64,000 nucleotides of DNA from Tagaea sp. (GTDB lineage: Bacteria; Pseudomonadota; Alphaproteobacteria; CACIAM-22H2). The stretch covers positions 512,001 to 576,000 of the forward strand of contig CBDIIB010000004.1 in assembly GCA_965279525.1 (NCBI GenBank), read 5' to 3'. The notes beneath the pieces are model-generated. The model saw only the letters and a program-made list of their open reading frames with translations. It made no database searches and was not told the DNA's origin. Each line of letters opens with the position of its first letter. The stretch's first letter is position 1. Of the stretch, positions 9,737-18,746 are shown piece by piece. The translations under genes were made by a program, and so were the position numbers.

Positions 9737-10861
9737 CTAGCGCTTCCGGCGGAACTGCTTGGCCAGAGTCAGACCCTGGCGCTGGTAATTGGAACCGATA
9801 CCCATTCCGTAAATCCTGTCGGGAACCGCCGTCAGGTGTTCGAACGCGAAGCGGCCGACGACCTGGCCGTGCTCGAGCAGGAACGGCACGTCGTGCGAGC
9901 GCACCTCCAGCACGGCGCGCGTTCCCTGGATGTCGTTGGCGCCGTAGCCGAAGCCGGGATCGAAAAAGCCGGCGTAGTGGATGCGGAACTCGCCGACCGA
10001 CGTGTCGTAGGGAACCATCTCGGCCGCGTAGGCATGCGGCACGCGGATCTTCTCGCGGCTGACGAGGATGTAGAAATCGTCGGGATTGAGCACGAGCGAG
10101 CGCAGCCTGTTGCGCTTGAGCGGCTCCCAGAACTCGGCCGGGTCGTAATGGCCGATCTTCGAAAGATCGACGAGCGGCGTGTTGTGGCGCGCGCGGTAGC
10201 CGATCGTGTCGCTGTCAGGCCCTTCGAGATCGATCGAGATCCACAGGCCCTGGCCGATCTTGGCGCGCTCGCGGTTCTCGTCCGGTGCGAAGACCAGCCC
10301 GAGCTTCTTGTCGAGAGCGGCGAGCGCCTTGTCGGAAAAGTCGGGTGCACCGCGGCGCAGGCGCAGCTGGTTCAGCGCCTGGCCGGTGCGCGCGAGGATC
10401 GAGAAGGTGCGCGGGCTCACTTCCAGATAGAGCGGACCTTCGTAGCCGGCGGGCACCTTCTCGAACTCGCGCACGCCGTCGCACAGCAGGCGCGTGAAGA
10501 TGTCGAGCCGGCCCGTCGTGCTCTTCGGGTTTGCCGTACCCGCGATGTCGGCGGGCAGCTTCAGGCGTTCAAGCAGCGGGATGATGTAGACGCAGCCGCG
10601 TTCGAGGACAGCACCTTCGCGCAGGTCGACGCTGTGCATCTTCAACCGGTCGAGCTTGCTTTTGACCGTGTTGCCGATGCCCGGCATGAAGCCGGCGGCC
10701 ACGCGATAGGCATGCGTGCCGAGGCGCAGGTCGATGCTGGCAGGCTGGATCTGGTCGTCGGCCACCGCGATGTCGGCTGCGATACGGCCCTGGGCGACAT
10801 AGGCGCGATAATCCTGCGAGGGCAGGATTCCGGCAGGGGAAGGACGGCGCGTCTTGCTCAA
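9737..10861 (-). CDS. dcd: dCTP deaminase (long alphaproteobacterial type)
   Basis: QIQPASIDLRLG, ANPKSTTGRLDIFTR, HYAGFFDPGFG and SNYQRQGLTLAK motifs. Confidence 0.93.
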   Translation of the reverse strand: MSKTRRPSPAGILPSQDYRAYVAQGRIAADIAVADDQIQPASIDLRLGTHAYRVAAGFMPGIGNTVKSKLDRLKMHSVDLREGAVLERGCVYIIPLLERLKLPADIAGTANPKSTTGRLDIFTRLLCDGVREFEKVPAGYEGPLYLEVSPRTFSILARTGQALNQLRLRRGAPDFSDKALAALDKKLGLVFAPDENRERAKIGQGLWISIDLEGPDSDTIGYRARHNTPLVDLSKIGHYDPAEFWEPLKRNRLRSLVLNPDDFYILVSREKIRVPHAYAAEMVPYDTSVGEFRIHYAGFFDPGFGYGANDIQGTRAVLEVRSHDVPFLLEHGQVVGRFAFEHLTAVPDRIYGMGIGSNYQRQGLTLAKQFRRKR

Positions 10862-10989
10862 TCAGGTAATCCCGCAAAGTCGCGACGGGCGGGAATCGCC
10901 GGTCGCGGGCGGGACAAGCTAGTTCAACGGCAAAGATGCGTCGAGGCCGTCAAGCCGGGGACGCCATGCCTGGCATCCCCGGCCGGAAA

Positions 10990-11226
10990 TCAGGCGGCGA
11001 CGGTCTGGTCCTGCTGGATGATGGCGCTGCCCGGACGGATGCTGTTGCGCGGGCGCAGGGTCCGGCGGGGGAGTGCCGGGCCGCGCACGGCCAGCAGTTC
11101 GCGCTTGGCGTTCTCGAGCACCGAGTGGATGCGGGCATCCTCGCGGTCGATCACGTCCATGGCGGTCAGCTTGTTGTCGATGAGATCGAGAAGGGTGTCG
11201 ATCACCGGGCGGGAAATGGAAGACAT
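10990..11226 (-). CDS. Small hypothetical protein (78 aa)
   Basis: GC3-rich codons, GAGGAG RBS, amphipathic helix IDTLLDLIDNKLTAMDVIDREDAR, downstream hairpin at about 10954-10983. Confidence 0.75.
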   Translation of the reverse strand: MSSISRPVIDTLLDLIDNKLTAMDVIDREDARIHSVLENAKRELLAVRGPALPRRTLRPRNSIRPGSAIIQQDQTVAA

Positions 11227-11340
11227 GGGTCCTGGCTCCTCTGGGTCCGTAAATCCGACTTTTTGCGCCGAAAACGGCTTCTGGTCCTTTGTGTCGGGCG
11301 ACCTTTCTCAGGCCGCGTGCATATAGATTTGCGCCCTATT

Positions 11341-11357
11341 GGTTAACAATCCATAAA
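11341..11357 (-). promoter_or_regulatory. CtrA-like binding site
   Basis: Minus strand TTTA-TGGATTG-TTAACC, one mismatch to TTAA-N7-TTAAC; extra TTAA half-sites and a GANTC at 11377-11397. Confidence 0.55.
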
Positions 11358-11480
11358 ACTTGGTCAAAATTTTGAATTAACTGAATCGGCATTTTAATCG
11401 TGTTGCGCCCAAAGCACAGGACGGCCCCGGAGCCACGCCCCGGCAGGCGGCATAAATCGTGGCGGGACAGGCGCTTCGCG

Positions 11481-11509
11481 TTGACACCGGGGGCCGGCCC
11501 CCGTAGAAG
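11481..11509 (+). promoter_or_regulatory. Sigma70 promoter of tRNA-Ser
   Basis: TTGACA-N17-TAGAAG upstream of the tRNA. Confidence 0.7.
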
Positions 11510-11547
11510 CCAACCAGCATATGCCGTGTGATTTACCCACTCCCGGC

Positions 11548-11639
11548 GGAGGGGTGGCCGAGTGGCTGAAGGCGGCAGTTTGCTAAACTGTTATGCGGGG
11601 AAACCTGCATCGTGGGTTCGAATCCCATCCCCTCCGCCA
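11548..11639 (+). tRNA. tRNA-Ser(GCT)
   Basis: Acceptor GGAGGGG/CCCCTCC-G-CCA, anticodon arm GCAGT-TTGCTAA-ACTGT, long variable arm, GTTCGAATC T-loop. Confidence 0.97.
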
Positions 11640-11671
11640 TTCTTGTTCCCCTGTTCGAGGTGCGGGCACCC

Positions 11672-12292
11672 GTGATCCTGATCGGCCAATACGACTCGCC
11701 CTTCGTGCGGCGCGTGGGCATCGCGCTCACGCTCTACGAAATGCCGTTCGAGCATCGGACCTGGTCGGCCTTCAAGGACGCCGATCGCCTGCGCGAACTC
11801 AATCCGCTGTGCCGGGTGCCCGCGCTGGTGCTCGACGACGGCACCGTCCTTGCCGACAGCCACGCGATGCTCGACCATCTCGACGGGCTCGTCCCCGCCG
11901 ATCGGGCGATGTTCCCGCGTGCCGAACCCGAGCGGCACAGGGCGCTGCGCGTCGCGACGCTCGCGACCGGGCTCGGCGACAAGGCGGTCAGCCTGTTCTA
12001 CGAATTCCGGATGCACAGCGAAGTGTCGCAGATGTGGGCCGACCGGTGCCGTGCGCAGATCCTTTCCACACTCGCGGTGCTCGAAGCTGAGTGCCCGGCA
12101 GCCGGCTACTGGTTCGGCGGACGCATCGGGCATGCCGACATCGCCATCGCGACGGTGCTCCGCTTCGTCGTCGAAGCGCATCCCGGCCTGTTCGTGCCGG
12201 GCGACCATCCGGCACTCGCCGCACACGCCGCACGTCTCGAAGCTCTGCCGGTCTTCCGGCAGGTGGCGCAGACGTTCAAGCCACCTTCCTGA
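11672..12292 (+). CDS. Glutathione S-transferase family protein
   Basis: GTG start; LIGQYDSPFVRRV, NPLCRVPALVLDDG, DSHAML and IGHADIA motifs. Confidence 0.9.
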   Translation: MILIGQYDSPFVRRVGIALTLYEMPFEHRTWSAFKDADRLRELNPLCRVPALVLDDGTVLADSHAMLDHLDGLVPADRAMFPRAEPERHRALRVATLATGLGDKAVSLFYEFRMHSEVSQMWADRCRAQILSTLAVLEAECPAAGYWFGGRIGHADIAIATVLRFVVEAHPGLFVPGDHPALAAHAARLEALPVFRQVAQTFKPPS

Positions 12293-12301
12293 ACCGGGCA
12301 G

Positions 12302-13294
12302 CTAGCCGGCGATGACGGGCGGCGGTGCGGATCGGCGTTCGCGCCACTGGCTCGGCGACGTTCCGACCGCGCGCTTGAAGGCGCGGCTGAAAGCCGCTTC
12401 CGACTCGTAGCCGACTTCGCCGGCCACCTGCGCGATCGGTGCCTTGCCATCCGCCAGCATCGTGGAGGCGAGCTGCATTCGCCACAAGGTGAGGTACTGC
12501 ATCGGCGGCTTGCCGACATGGCGCAGGAACCGCTCGGCCAGCGACGAGCGCGACAACCCGGTGTCCCTTGCCAGGCGTTCGAGGCTCCAGGCCTGCGCCG
12601 GCGACTGGTGCAGGAGGCCGACCGCGCGGCCCACATGCCGGTCCCTCAGGCCCGTGAGCCAGTTGGCGCTGTCGTCGGGCAGGCCCGCGAGATGATCGCG
12701 CACCAGATCGATGAACATGATCTCGCTGAGCTTCGCGAGCATCGAAGCGCCGCCGGCCCGCTTCTCGTTCGCCTCCAGCGTGGCGAACCTGGCGAAGCGG
12801 TCGATCCAGCCGCCGTTCTTGTCGCCGCGCATGTGCATCATGCGCGGCAGGGCGCTTAACAGCGGGTTGAACGGCCGCGCATCGAACCCCAGGAAGCCGC
12901 AAACGATGTGCCCGCGAGTCCCGCCGCCGCCGATGCGCACGATCGCGGGCAGGGCGCGCGGTGCGGCCGACGGGCGGCAGCTGTCGACATCGGGCGAAGA
13001 ACGCATGCCGGGAGCGCTCGACAGGATGTGCGCGTCGCCCTGCGGGAACGCGACGACGTCGCCGGCGGAAAGCCGCACCGGCTCCCAGCCCTTGTCGTAG
13101 AGCGAGGCCCAGCATTCGCCCTGCGTCACCACGTGATACTCGATGACATGGTCGCAGCCCGGAAGGATGGAGGGGCCGACCATTGCCGATGGCATCGCCT
13201 CGGCGACCCATGGCGTGCTCAGTTCCACATCGATGAACAGCGCCTCGCGCACGCGAACGGCACGAAGGACATCGGACAGCGGATCGAAGCTCAT
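12302..13294 (-). CDS. AraC family regulator with Cupin_6 domain (paralog 1)
   Basis: DPLSDVL, YHVVTQGECW, LSRSSLAERF, PMQYLTLWRM and VGYESEAAFSRAFKR motifs. Confidence 0.95.
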   Translation of the reverse strand: MSFDPLSDVLRAVRVREALFIDVELSTPWVAEAMPSAMVGPSILPGCDHVIEYHVVTQGECWASLYDKGWEPVRLSAGDVVAFPQGDAHILSSAPGMRSSPDVDSCRPSAAPRALPAIVRIGGGGTRGHIVCGFLGFDARPFNPLLSALPRMMHMRGDKNGGWIDRFARFATLEANEKRAGGASMLAKLSEIMFIDLVRDHLAGLPDDSANWLTGLRDRHVGRAVGLLHQSPAQAWSLERLARDTGLSRSSLAERFLRHVGKPPMQYLTLWRMQLASTMLADGKAPIAQVAGEVGYESEAAFSRAFKRAVGTSPSQWRERRSAPPPVIAG

Positions 13295-13421
13295 CGACTT
13301 CTCTCCCGGTGCTTCGCCATCGTCAGCCGGCTGGACGACTTCCCGAACAGGCGGCGATCAGGATCGGCCATCCCGGGCCGGCGATCAATATTCGATTGCG
13401 GGATGCCCGGAAGGCGCAGGC

Positions 13422-14417
13422 TCACGGCAAATGGACGGCTGCGGCAGTCGCCCGCCGTTCGCGCCACATGCTGGGAGACATGCCGACGGCACGCTTGAAC
13501 GCCCGGCTGAAGGCCGCCTCGGACTCGTATCCGACATTGCCGGCAATCTCCACGATCGGCACGTTGCCGTCGACCAGCATCGAGGATGCGATCTGCATGC
13601 GCCACAAGGTCAGGTACTGCATGGGCGGATGTCCCACATGGCGCTGGAAACGTTCGGCGAGCGACGACCGGGAGAGGCCGGTCTCCTTCGACAGGCGCTC
13701 GAGGCTCCATTCTTCGGCCGGCGACTGATGCAGCAGGCTGACCGCCCGCCCGACATGGCGGTCCTTGAGGCCCGCGAGCCAACTCGTGCTGGAGTCCGGC
13801 AGAGTGGCAAGATGCTGGCGCACCAGGTCGATGAACATGATCTCGCCCAGCTTTACGAGGATCGAAGGACCGCCCATGCGCCGTTCGGCGGTCTCCATCG
13901 TCGCGAATTTCATGAATCGGTCGATCCAGCCGCCGCTCTTGTCACCGCGCATGTGCATCATGCGCGGCAGGGCGCTCAGCAGCGGATTGAAGGGCCGCGC
14001 GTCGCAGCCGAGGAATCCACACACGAGATGCACGCCCTCCGGCTCGCTGCCGCCAAGCTTGAAACGCACGGGCAGAGAGTTCGGTACGGCCGGCGGCCGG
14101 AAATTGTCGAGCACGGGATCGGCCCGCATTCCGGGCGTGCTCGACAGCACATGCGCCTCGCCCTGCGGAAAGGCGACCGCGTCGCCGGCGGTGAGCCGGA
14201 TCGCCTGCGCGCCGTCCTCGGCCATCGCAACCCAGCACTCGCCGCTCGTGACAACGTGATAGGCCATCACGTGGTCGACGCCCGGCAAGATCCCGGGACC
14301 GACGACTTGTGAATGCGGGGATTCCGCGACCCACGGCGCGTTTGCCTCGACATCGAAGAACACCGCCTCCCGGAGGCGGACTGCACGCAACACGTCCGAC
14401 AATGGATCGAAGTTCAT
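13422..14417 (-). CDS. AraC family regulator with Cupin_6 domain (paralog 2)
   Basis: Same motifs as paralog 1; ATG at 14417 (MNFDPLSDVL). Confidence 0.95.
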   Translation of the reverse strand: MNFDPLSDVLRAVRLREAVFFDVEANAPWVAESPHSQVVGPGILPGVDHVMAYHVVTSGECWVAMAEDGAQAIRLTAGDAVAFPQGEAHVLSSTPGMRADPVLDNFRPPAVPNSLPVRFKLGGSEPEGVHLVCGFLGCDARPFNPLLSALPRMMHMRGDKSGGWIDRFMKFATMETAERRMGGPSILVKLGEIMFIDLVRQHLATLPDSSTSWLAGLKDRHVGRAVSLLHQSPAEEWSLERLSKETGLSRSSLAERFQRHVGHPPMQYLTLWRMQIASSMLVDGNVPIVEIAGNVGYESEAAFSRAFKRAVGMSPSMWRERRATAAAVHLP

Positions 14418-14585
14418 CGGGGCATCCTTATGTATTCGAACGCATCCGAAAATCGCGATTGCGGAATTTCGATCATGCATTTCAGAGGATCAGTCATTCA
14501 CCTTCGGCGAACGCCATGACATTCCGACACCATGCGCGGATGGCCCGTTTCGGGCATTTTCCGGAGGCACGCAAGGAAATTCATT

Positions 14586-15419
14586 ATGCAATCCACGATC
14601 TCGACTACGGCTGCCGAAGTCCCACCCTTCCAGGCGATCAAGGCACGCCAGCAAAAAATGTGGGCGTCCGGCGACTTCGCCGTCGTAGGCACGACGCTGC
14701 AGATCGTCGGTGAATCGTTGTGCGAAGCGCTCGATATCCGCGCCGGCGAACGCGTGCTCGATGTCGCAGCCGGAAACGGCAATGTCTCGTTGGCCGCCGC
14801 ACGCCGCTTCTGCGAAGTCACCGCGACGGACTACGTTCCCGCACTTCTCGACCGGGCCCGCGAACGGGCGAATGCCGAGCGCCTGCCGCTGAAGATCCAG
14901 GAAGCCGACGCCGAAGCGCTGCCGTTCGCCGACAACAGCTTCGATGTCGTCGTCTCGACCTTCGGCGTCATGTTCGCGCCCGATCAGGAACGGGCAGCGA
15001 AGGAACTCCTGCGTGTCTGCCGGCCGGGCGGCAAGATCGGCCTTGCGAACTGGACCCCGGATGGTTTCATCGGGCAGCTGTTCAAGGTCGTCGGCAGGCA
15101 CGTGCCGCCGCCACCGGGGCTGCAGTCCCCGTCGCGCTGGGGCGTGGAAGCGAACCTCAAGCAGATGTTCGGCGATCAGGCATCGGTCGGCGGCACGCTC
15201 CGGCACTTCGCGTTCCGGTACCGCTCGGCCACGCACTGGATCGACGTGTTCCGCGGCACGTATGGCCCCGTGCTGAAAGCTTTCGAAGCCCTCGATGCGA
15301 AGGGGCAGGAAGCGCTCAACGCCGGCATCATGGCGCTGATCGAGCGCTTCAACGTTTCGGGTACCCCGTCGGTCGTGGCGCCAGCCGAGTATTTCGAAGC
15401 GGTGATCGTCAAGCGCTGA
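14586..15419 (+). CDS. Class I SAM-dependent methyltransferase (UbiE/COQ5-like)
   Basis: VLDVAAGNGN, ADAEALPFADNSFDVV and LRVCRPGG motifs; divergent from the AraC pair. Confidence 0.93.
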   Translation: MQSTISTTAAEVPPFQAIKARQQKMWASGDFAVVGTTLQIVGESLCEALDIRAGERVLDVAAGNGNVSLAAARRFCEVTATDYVPALLDRARERANAERLPLKIQEADAEALPFADNSFDVVVSTFGVMFAPDQERAAKELLRVCRPGGKIGLANWTPDGFIGQLFKVVGRHVPPPPGLQSPSRWGVEANLKQMFGDQASVGGTLRHFAFRYRSATHWIDVFRGTYGPVLKAFEALDAKGQEALNAGIMALIERFNVSGTPSVVAPAEYFEAVIVKR

Positions 15420-15555
15420 ATGTCCCGGCTGCACCGCAAGCAACGCACAATTTCAGTCTTCCTGGTCGTTTTGCCGGACATCCGGCATACAAAGTGTTTA
15501 AATCCTTGCGCTGGCGAAATCATCCTCGAACGGAAATTCGGGGGGAGCTTACGCA

Positions 15556-16026
15556 ATGTCGATCCAGATACTCGTCGACCGGCCGCCACCGTCGAGCGCA
15601 GATCCGCGTCTGCATTCACTCCATGCCTACTGGACCGAAATCCGGGGCCAGCGCCGTTTTCCGGCGCGCGCCGATCTCGACCCGATCGACATTCCCGACC
15701 TGCTGCCGTACCTGTCGCTCGTCGATGTCCGGACGGGCGCTGATCGATTTGTCTATCGCCTGGCCGGAACGATGGTCGTCGACCTGCTCAGGCGCGAAGT
15801 GACCGGGCTTCCGGTCGGTACGGGCGTCAAGCCGACGGAGCTCGAGTCAGTCCTATCGCGCTACCGCCGCGTGGCCGACGAGGGCGTCGCGCTCTACCAT
15901 CACGACCTGACGCAGGAGCAGGCGAACGACTATACCGGGATCGACAGGCTGATGCTTCCGATGGGTGATCGCGACGAACGTGTCGACCTCATCCTCAGCA
16001 TCGTCGTCCGCACGAAGACTGCCTGA
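15556..16026 (+). CDS. Stand-alone PAS domain protein (PAS_5/DUF1457 type)
   Basis: LHAYW...PARADLDPIDIPDLLPYLSLVDV...YRLAGT...RLMLP. Confidence 0.85.
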   Translation: MSIQILVDRPPPSSADPRLHSLHAYWTEIRGQRRFPARADLDPIDIPDLLPYLSLVDVRTGADRFVYRLAGTMVVDLLRREVTGLPVGTGVKPTELESVLSRYRRVADEGVALYHHDLTQEQANDYTGIDRLMLPMGDRDERVDLILSIVVRTKTA

Positions 16027-16029
16027 CGC

Positions 16030-16845
16030 TCAACCGGTCTCCTGCGCGTCCGCGACCGCGTAGAGCATGATTCCCGCCGCGACGGAAAGGTTCAGCGAGT
16101 CCGCCCGACCGCGCATCGGCAAGCGAACCAGATGCCCGCAGGCACCGCGCATCTCGGCGCTGAGCCCGCTCTGCTCGGTTCCGTTGACGATCAATGTCGG
16201 TCGCGGATACGCGAGCGTGCGGTAATCCGTCTCGGTCTGCAGGGCGGTCCCCACACATGTTCCCGGCCAGGCACGGACGAATTCGACGGCCGGACCGGCT
16301 TCGGCGGCAAACAGCGGTACCGCGAAGATCGATCCCATCGTCGCGCGCACCGCTTCGGGGCTGAACGGATCGCATGTCGTGCCGATCAGGATCACGCCGC
16401 CGGCACCGACCGCGTCGGCCGTCCGCACGCAGGTCCCGAGATTGCCCGGATCCTTGACGCCTTCGAGCGCCAGCCAGATCGGCGCCTTCGACGGATCGAG
16501 CGCCGACAGCGGCAACACTTTCTGGCGGAACACGCCGATGACGCTCTGCGGATTGTCGCGCTGCGAGATCTTCTCGAGCACGTTGGGCGAGACTTCGAGC
16601 AGCAGCGCACCGGCATCGCCGGCGGCCTTGCGCACGCCCGCCACCGACGGCTGGTCGCGCTGGTCGGCGCGATAGGCCAGCATCTCGGGAACCACGCCAT
16701 GATCGAGCGCTTCGCGCACCGTGCGCGCACCTTCGGCGATGAACTGGCCGGTCTCGACGCGCGCCTTGCGCATGTGGAGCGCCCGGATGTCCTTGATCAG
16801 CGGGTTCGTCGGGCTGGCGATCTCGCGGATGCGCGCACCCGTCAC
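16030..16845 (-). CDS. TrmH/SpoU family RNA methyltransferase
   Basis: DPGNLGTCVRTADA, VRATMGS, GTEQSGL and DSLNLSVA SPOUT motifs. Confidence 0.93.
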   Translation of the reverse strand: MTGARIREIASPTNPLIKDIRALHMRKARVETGQFIAEGARTVREALDHGVVPEMLAYRADQRDQPSVAGVRKAAGDAGALLLEVSPNVLEKISQRDNPQSVIGVFRQKVLPLSALDPSKAPIWLALEGVKDPGNLGTCVRTADAVGAGGVILIGTTCDPFSPEAVRATMGSIFAVPLFAAEAGPAVEFVRAWPGTCVGTALQTETDYRTLAYPRPTLIVNGTEQSGLSAEMRGACGHLVRLPMRGRADSLNLSVAAGIMLYAVADAQETG

Positions 16846-17765
16846 GGGGCCGCTCCCGGGCCCGACCAGCGGACATAGAGCGACGTCGACAGATGCCGCT
16901 GCTCGCCCTGCTGTGCCACCACCAGTTCGCCCGCCTCGAACGTGCCGCCGCGCGGCAACAGAGCGTCACGCGCCGTTTCGAGCAACGACAGTGCCGACAT
17001 CCGGATCGCGTAGGCGGTCAGCATCAGGAAGGAGGGGCCATCGGCCAGCAGCCGCGCGCAGTCGGCGAGCATCGGTTGCAAGCCTTCCTCGATGCGCCAG
17101 GTCTCGTTCGCCGGCCCGCGACCGAATTTCGGCGGATCGAGCAGGATGCCCTGATAGCGGTTGCCGCGCCGCACTTCGCGCGCGACGAACTTCGTCGCGT
17201 CGTCGCAGATCCAGCGGATCGGCGCCTGCGTCAGGCCGGATGCGGCCTGGTTCTCCTTCGCCCAGGCGATCGCCTTCTTCGACGCGTCGACATGGGTCAC
17301 CTCGTAGCCTGCGGCCGCCGCCACGAGACTTGCGGCACCGGTGTATGCAAAGAGGTTGAGAAGCTTCGGCCGTTCGCCGCCCGCATTTGCGGCACGCGCG
17401 GCCATCCAATGCCAATGCGGCGCCTGCTCGGGGAACAGGCCGACATGGCGGAACGCGGTGAAGCGGCAGGCGAGGGTGGCCTCGCGATAGCGCACCGGCC
17501 ACTCGGGCGGCAGCGGACGGGGAAAGCGCCAGCGTCCCCAAGCATCCTCGTCGTCGCCGGGTTTCGCGTCGCCGGGCTTGGAATCGAAAAAGGCGTCGGC
17601 GTTTTCCCACGCATCCGCCGGGCCCGATGGGGTCCACAGGGCCTGCGGCTCCGGACGCACGAGCGTCAGCCTGCCGAAGCGTTCGAGCTTTCGCCCGCCG
17701 CCGGAGTCGAGAAGCGCGTAATCGTCCCACCCCGAAGTCGCCAGAATTCTAAGCTGCGGTGCCAA
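16842..17765 (-). CDS. SAM-dependent rRNA methyltransferase-like protein (RlmI/RlmK family)
   Basis: YALLDSGGGRKLERFG, LNLFAYTG, VDASKKAI and ILLDPPKFGRG motifs. Confidence 0.88.
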   Translation of the reverse strand: MAPQLRILATSGWDDYALLDSGGGRKLERFGRLTLVRPEPQALWTPSGPADAWENADAFFDSKPGDAKPGDDEDAWGRWRFPRPLPPEWPVRYREATLACRFTAFRHVGLFPEQAPHWHWMAARAANAGGERPKLLNLFAYTGAASLVAAAAGYEVTHVDASKKAIAWAKENQAASGLTQAPIRWICDDATKFVAREVRRGNRYQGILLDPPKFGRGPANETWRIEEGLQPMLADCARLLADGPSFLMLTAYAIRMSALSLLETARDALLPRGGTFEAGELVVAQQGEQRHLSTSLYVRWSGPGAAP

Positions 17766-17807
17766 TTCGTCCGTCCTGTCTCTCGCGTCGCAACACTACC
17801 AGTGGGC

Positions 17808-18746
17808 TTATAGATCCCCAATACGGAAGGAGAAACTGAGAACCTTCGGTACCGTCATCGGCGGCGCGTCGGGCTGGCGCTTGAAGGGCTGGGCCTGACG
17901 CATCGCACCAAGGAAGCTTTCGAGCGCCGTCCGCTGGTCGCGAAGGTCCGGGCGTTGCAGCTCGGCATAGTTCGCGATCATCTTTTCCGGCGCCCACGGG
18001 TCCTGGATGCCGAAGGGCGCGCCCAAGGTCCCGTCGGGATTGAGCTGGAAATTTCCCGATATCACGATGTCCTTGAACCGGGCGGCACGGTAGTCGATCA
18101 GCCACGCGCGGAACACCTGTGCAAGCAGATGGTCGAGCTCGCTCTGGCTTACCTTTTCGCCGACGGGCCCGGACGGCGCCGGCTCGGTTCGCGTGCGGCT
18201 TGCCGAGACTCCCGCCCTCGGCACGACGCGCTCGACCGGCGGCGCGTTGGGTGCGAGCAGCCCGTCGCGGCTTTCCGTATTGCGCGGGGTTGCCGGTGGC
18301 GTCGGTGCCGGCGGGGCTTCCGCGCGCTGGACAGGGCGTGCAGCGCTCGATTGCGGGGCGCTTGTCGCCGTCTCGCGCTGGACCGGTTGCGGCGGGGGCG
18401 GCGGCGGAAGTGCGGCCGCGGGCGGAGAAGGAGGGGCAGGCGGAGGAGGAGGTGGCGCGGGCGGCGGCGCCGGAGGAGGAGGAGGTGGTGGCGGGACGCG
18501 CGGAGGCTCGGGCACCGGTGCCGGTGGTGGCGGGGCAAGGGCCGACTCAGGGACCATCTCGATCGGCACAAACCGCTCGGCATCAGGAAAATCGCGCGGC
18601 TGAAGTTCGATCCACGAAAGCGCGATCAGGAAGTGGAGCAGGAGCGACAGCAGCAATCCGGCGAAGATCGGCCACCGCACGCGCATCGCGTCGTCCGAGA
18701 TGCGGAAGGTCTCGTGCGCCGCTTCGGGAGGCAGCGCCACAGTCAT
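17808..18746 (-). CDS. Membrane-anchored proline-rich TonB/TolA-like protein
   Basis: TM anchor with SLLLH, long Pro-rich linker, C-terminal domain ...FQLNPDGTL...AMRQAQPF. Confidence 0.7.
   Translation of the reverse strand: MTVALPPEAAHETFRISDDAMRVRWPIFAGLLLSLLLHFLIALSWIELQPRDFPDAERFVPIEMVPESALAPPPPAPVPEPPRVPPPPPPPPAPPPAPPPPPPAPPSPPAAALPPPPPPQPVQRETATSAPQSSAARPVQRAEAPPAPTPPATPRNTESRDGLLAPNAPPVERVVPRAGVSASRTRTEPAPSGPVGEKVSQSELDHLLAQVFRAWLIDYRAARFKDIVISGNFQLNPDGTLGAPFGIQDPWAPEKMIANYAELQRPDLRDQRTALESFLGAMRQAQPFKRQPDAPPMTVPKVLSFSFRIGDL

Noticed and set aside
10862-10950. Possible riboswitch upstream of dcd
   Set aside because: GC-rich pairing is possible, but I recognised no aptamer consensus.
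11548-16030. Integrative element or prophage at tRNA-Ser (and likewise at tRNA-Cys/Asn)
   Set aside because: No integrase, phage genes or duplicated tRNA 3' end was seen.
18385-18535. GGN-rich low-complexity tracts as VNTR or CRISPR-like arrays (also 36755-36943)
   Set aside because: They are mixed-codon polyproline coding sequence with no repeat-spacer structure.
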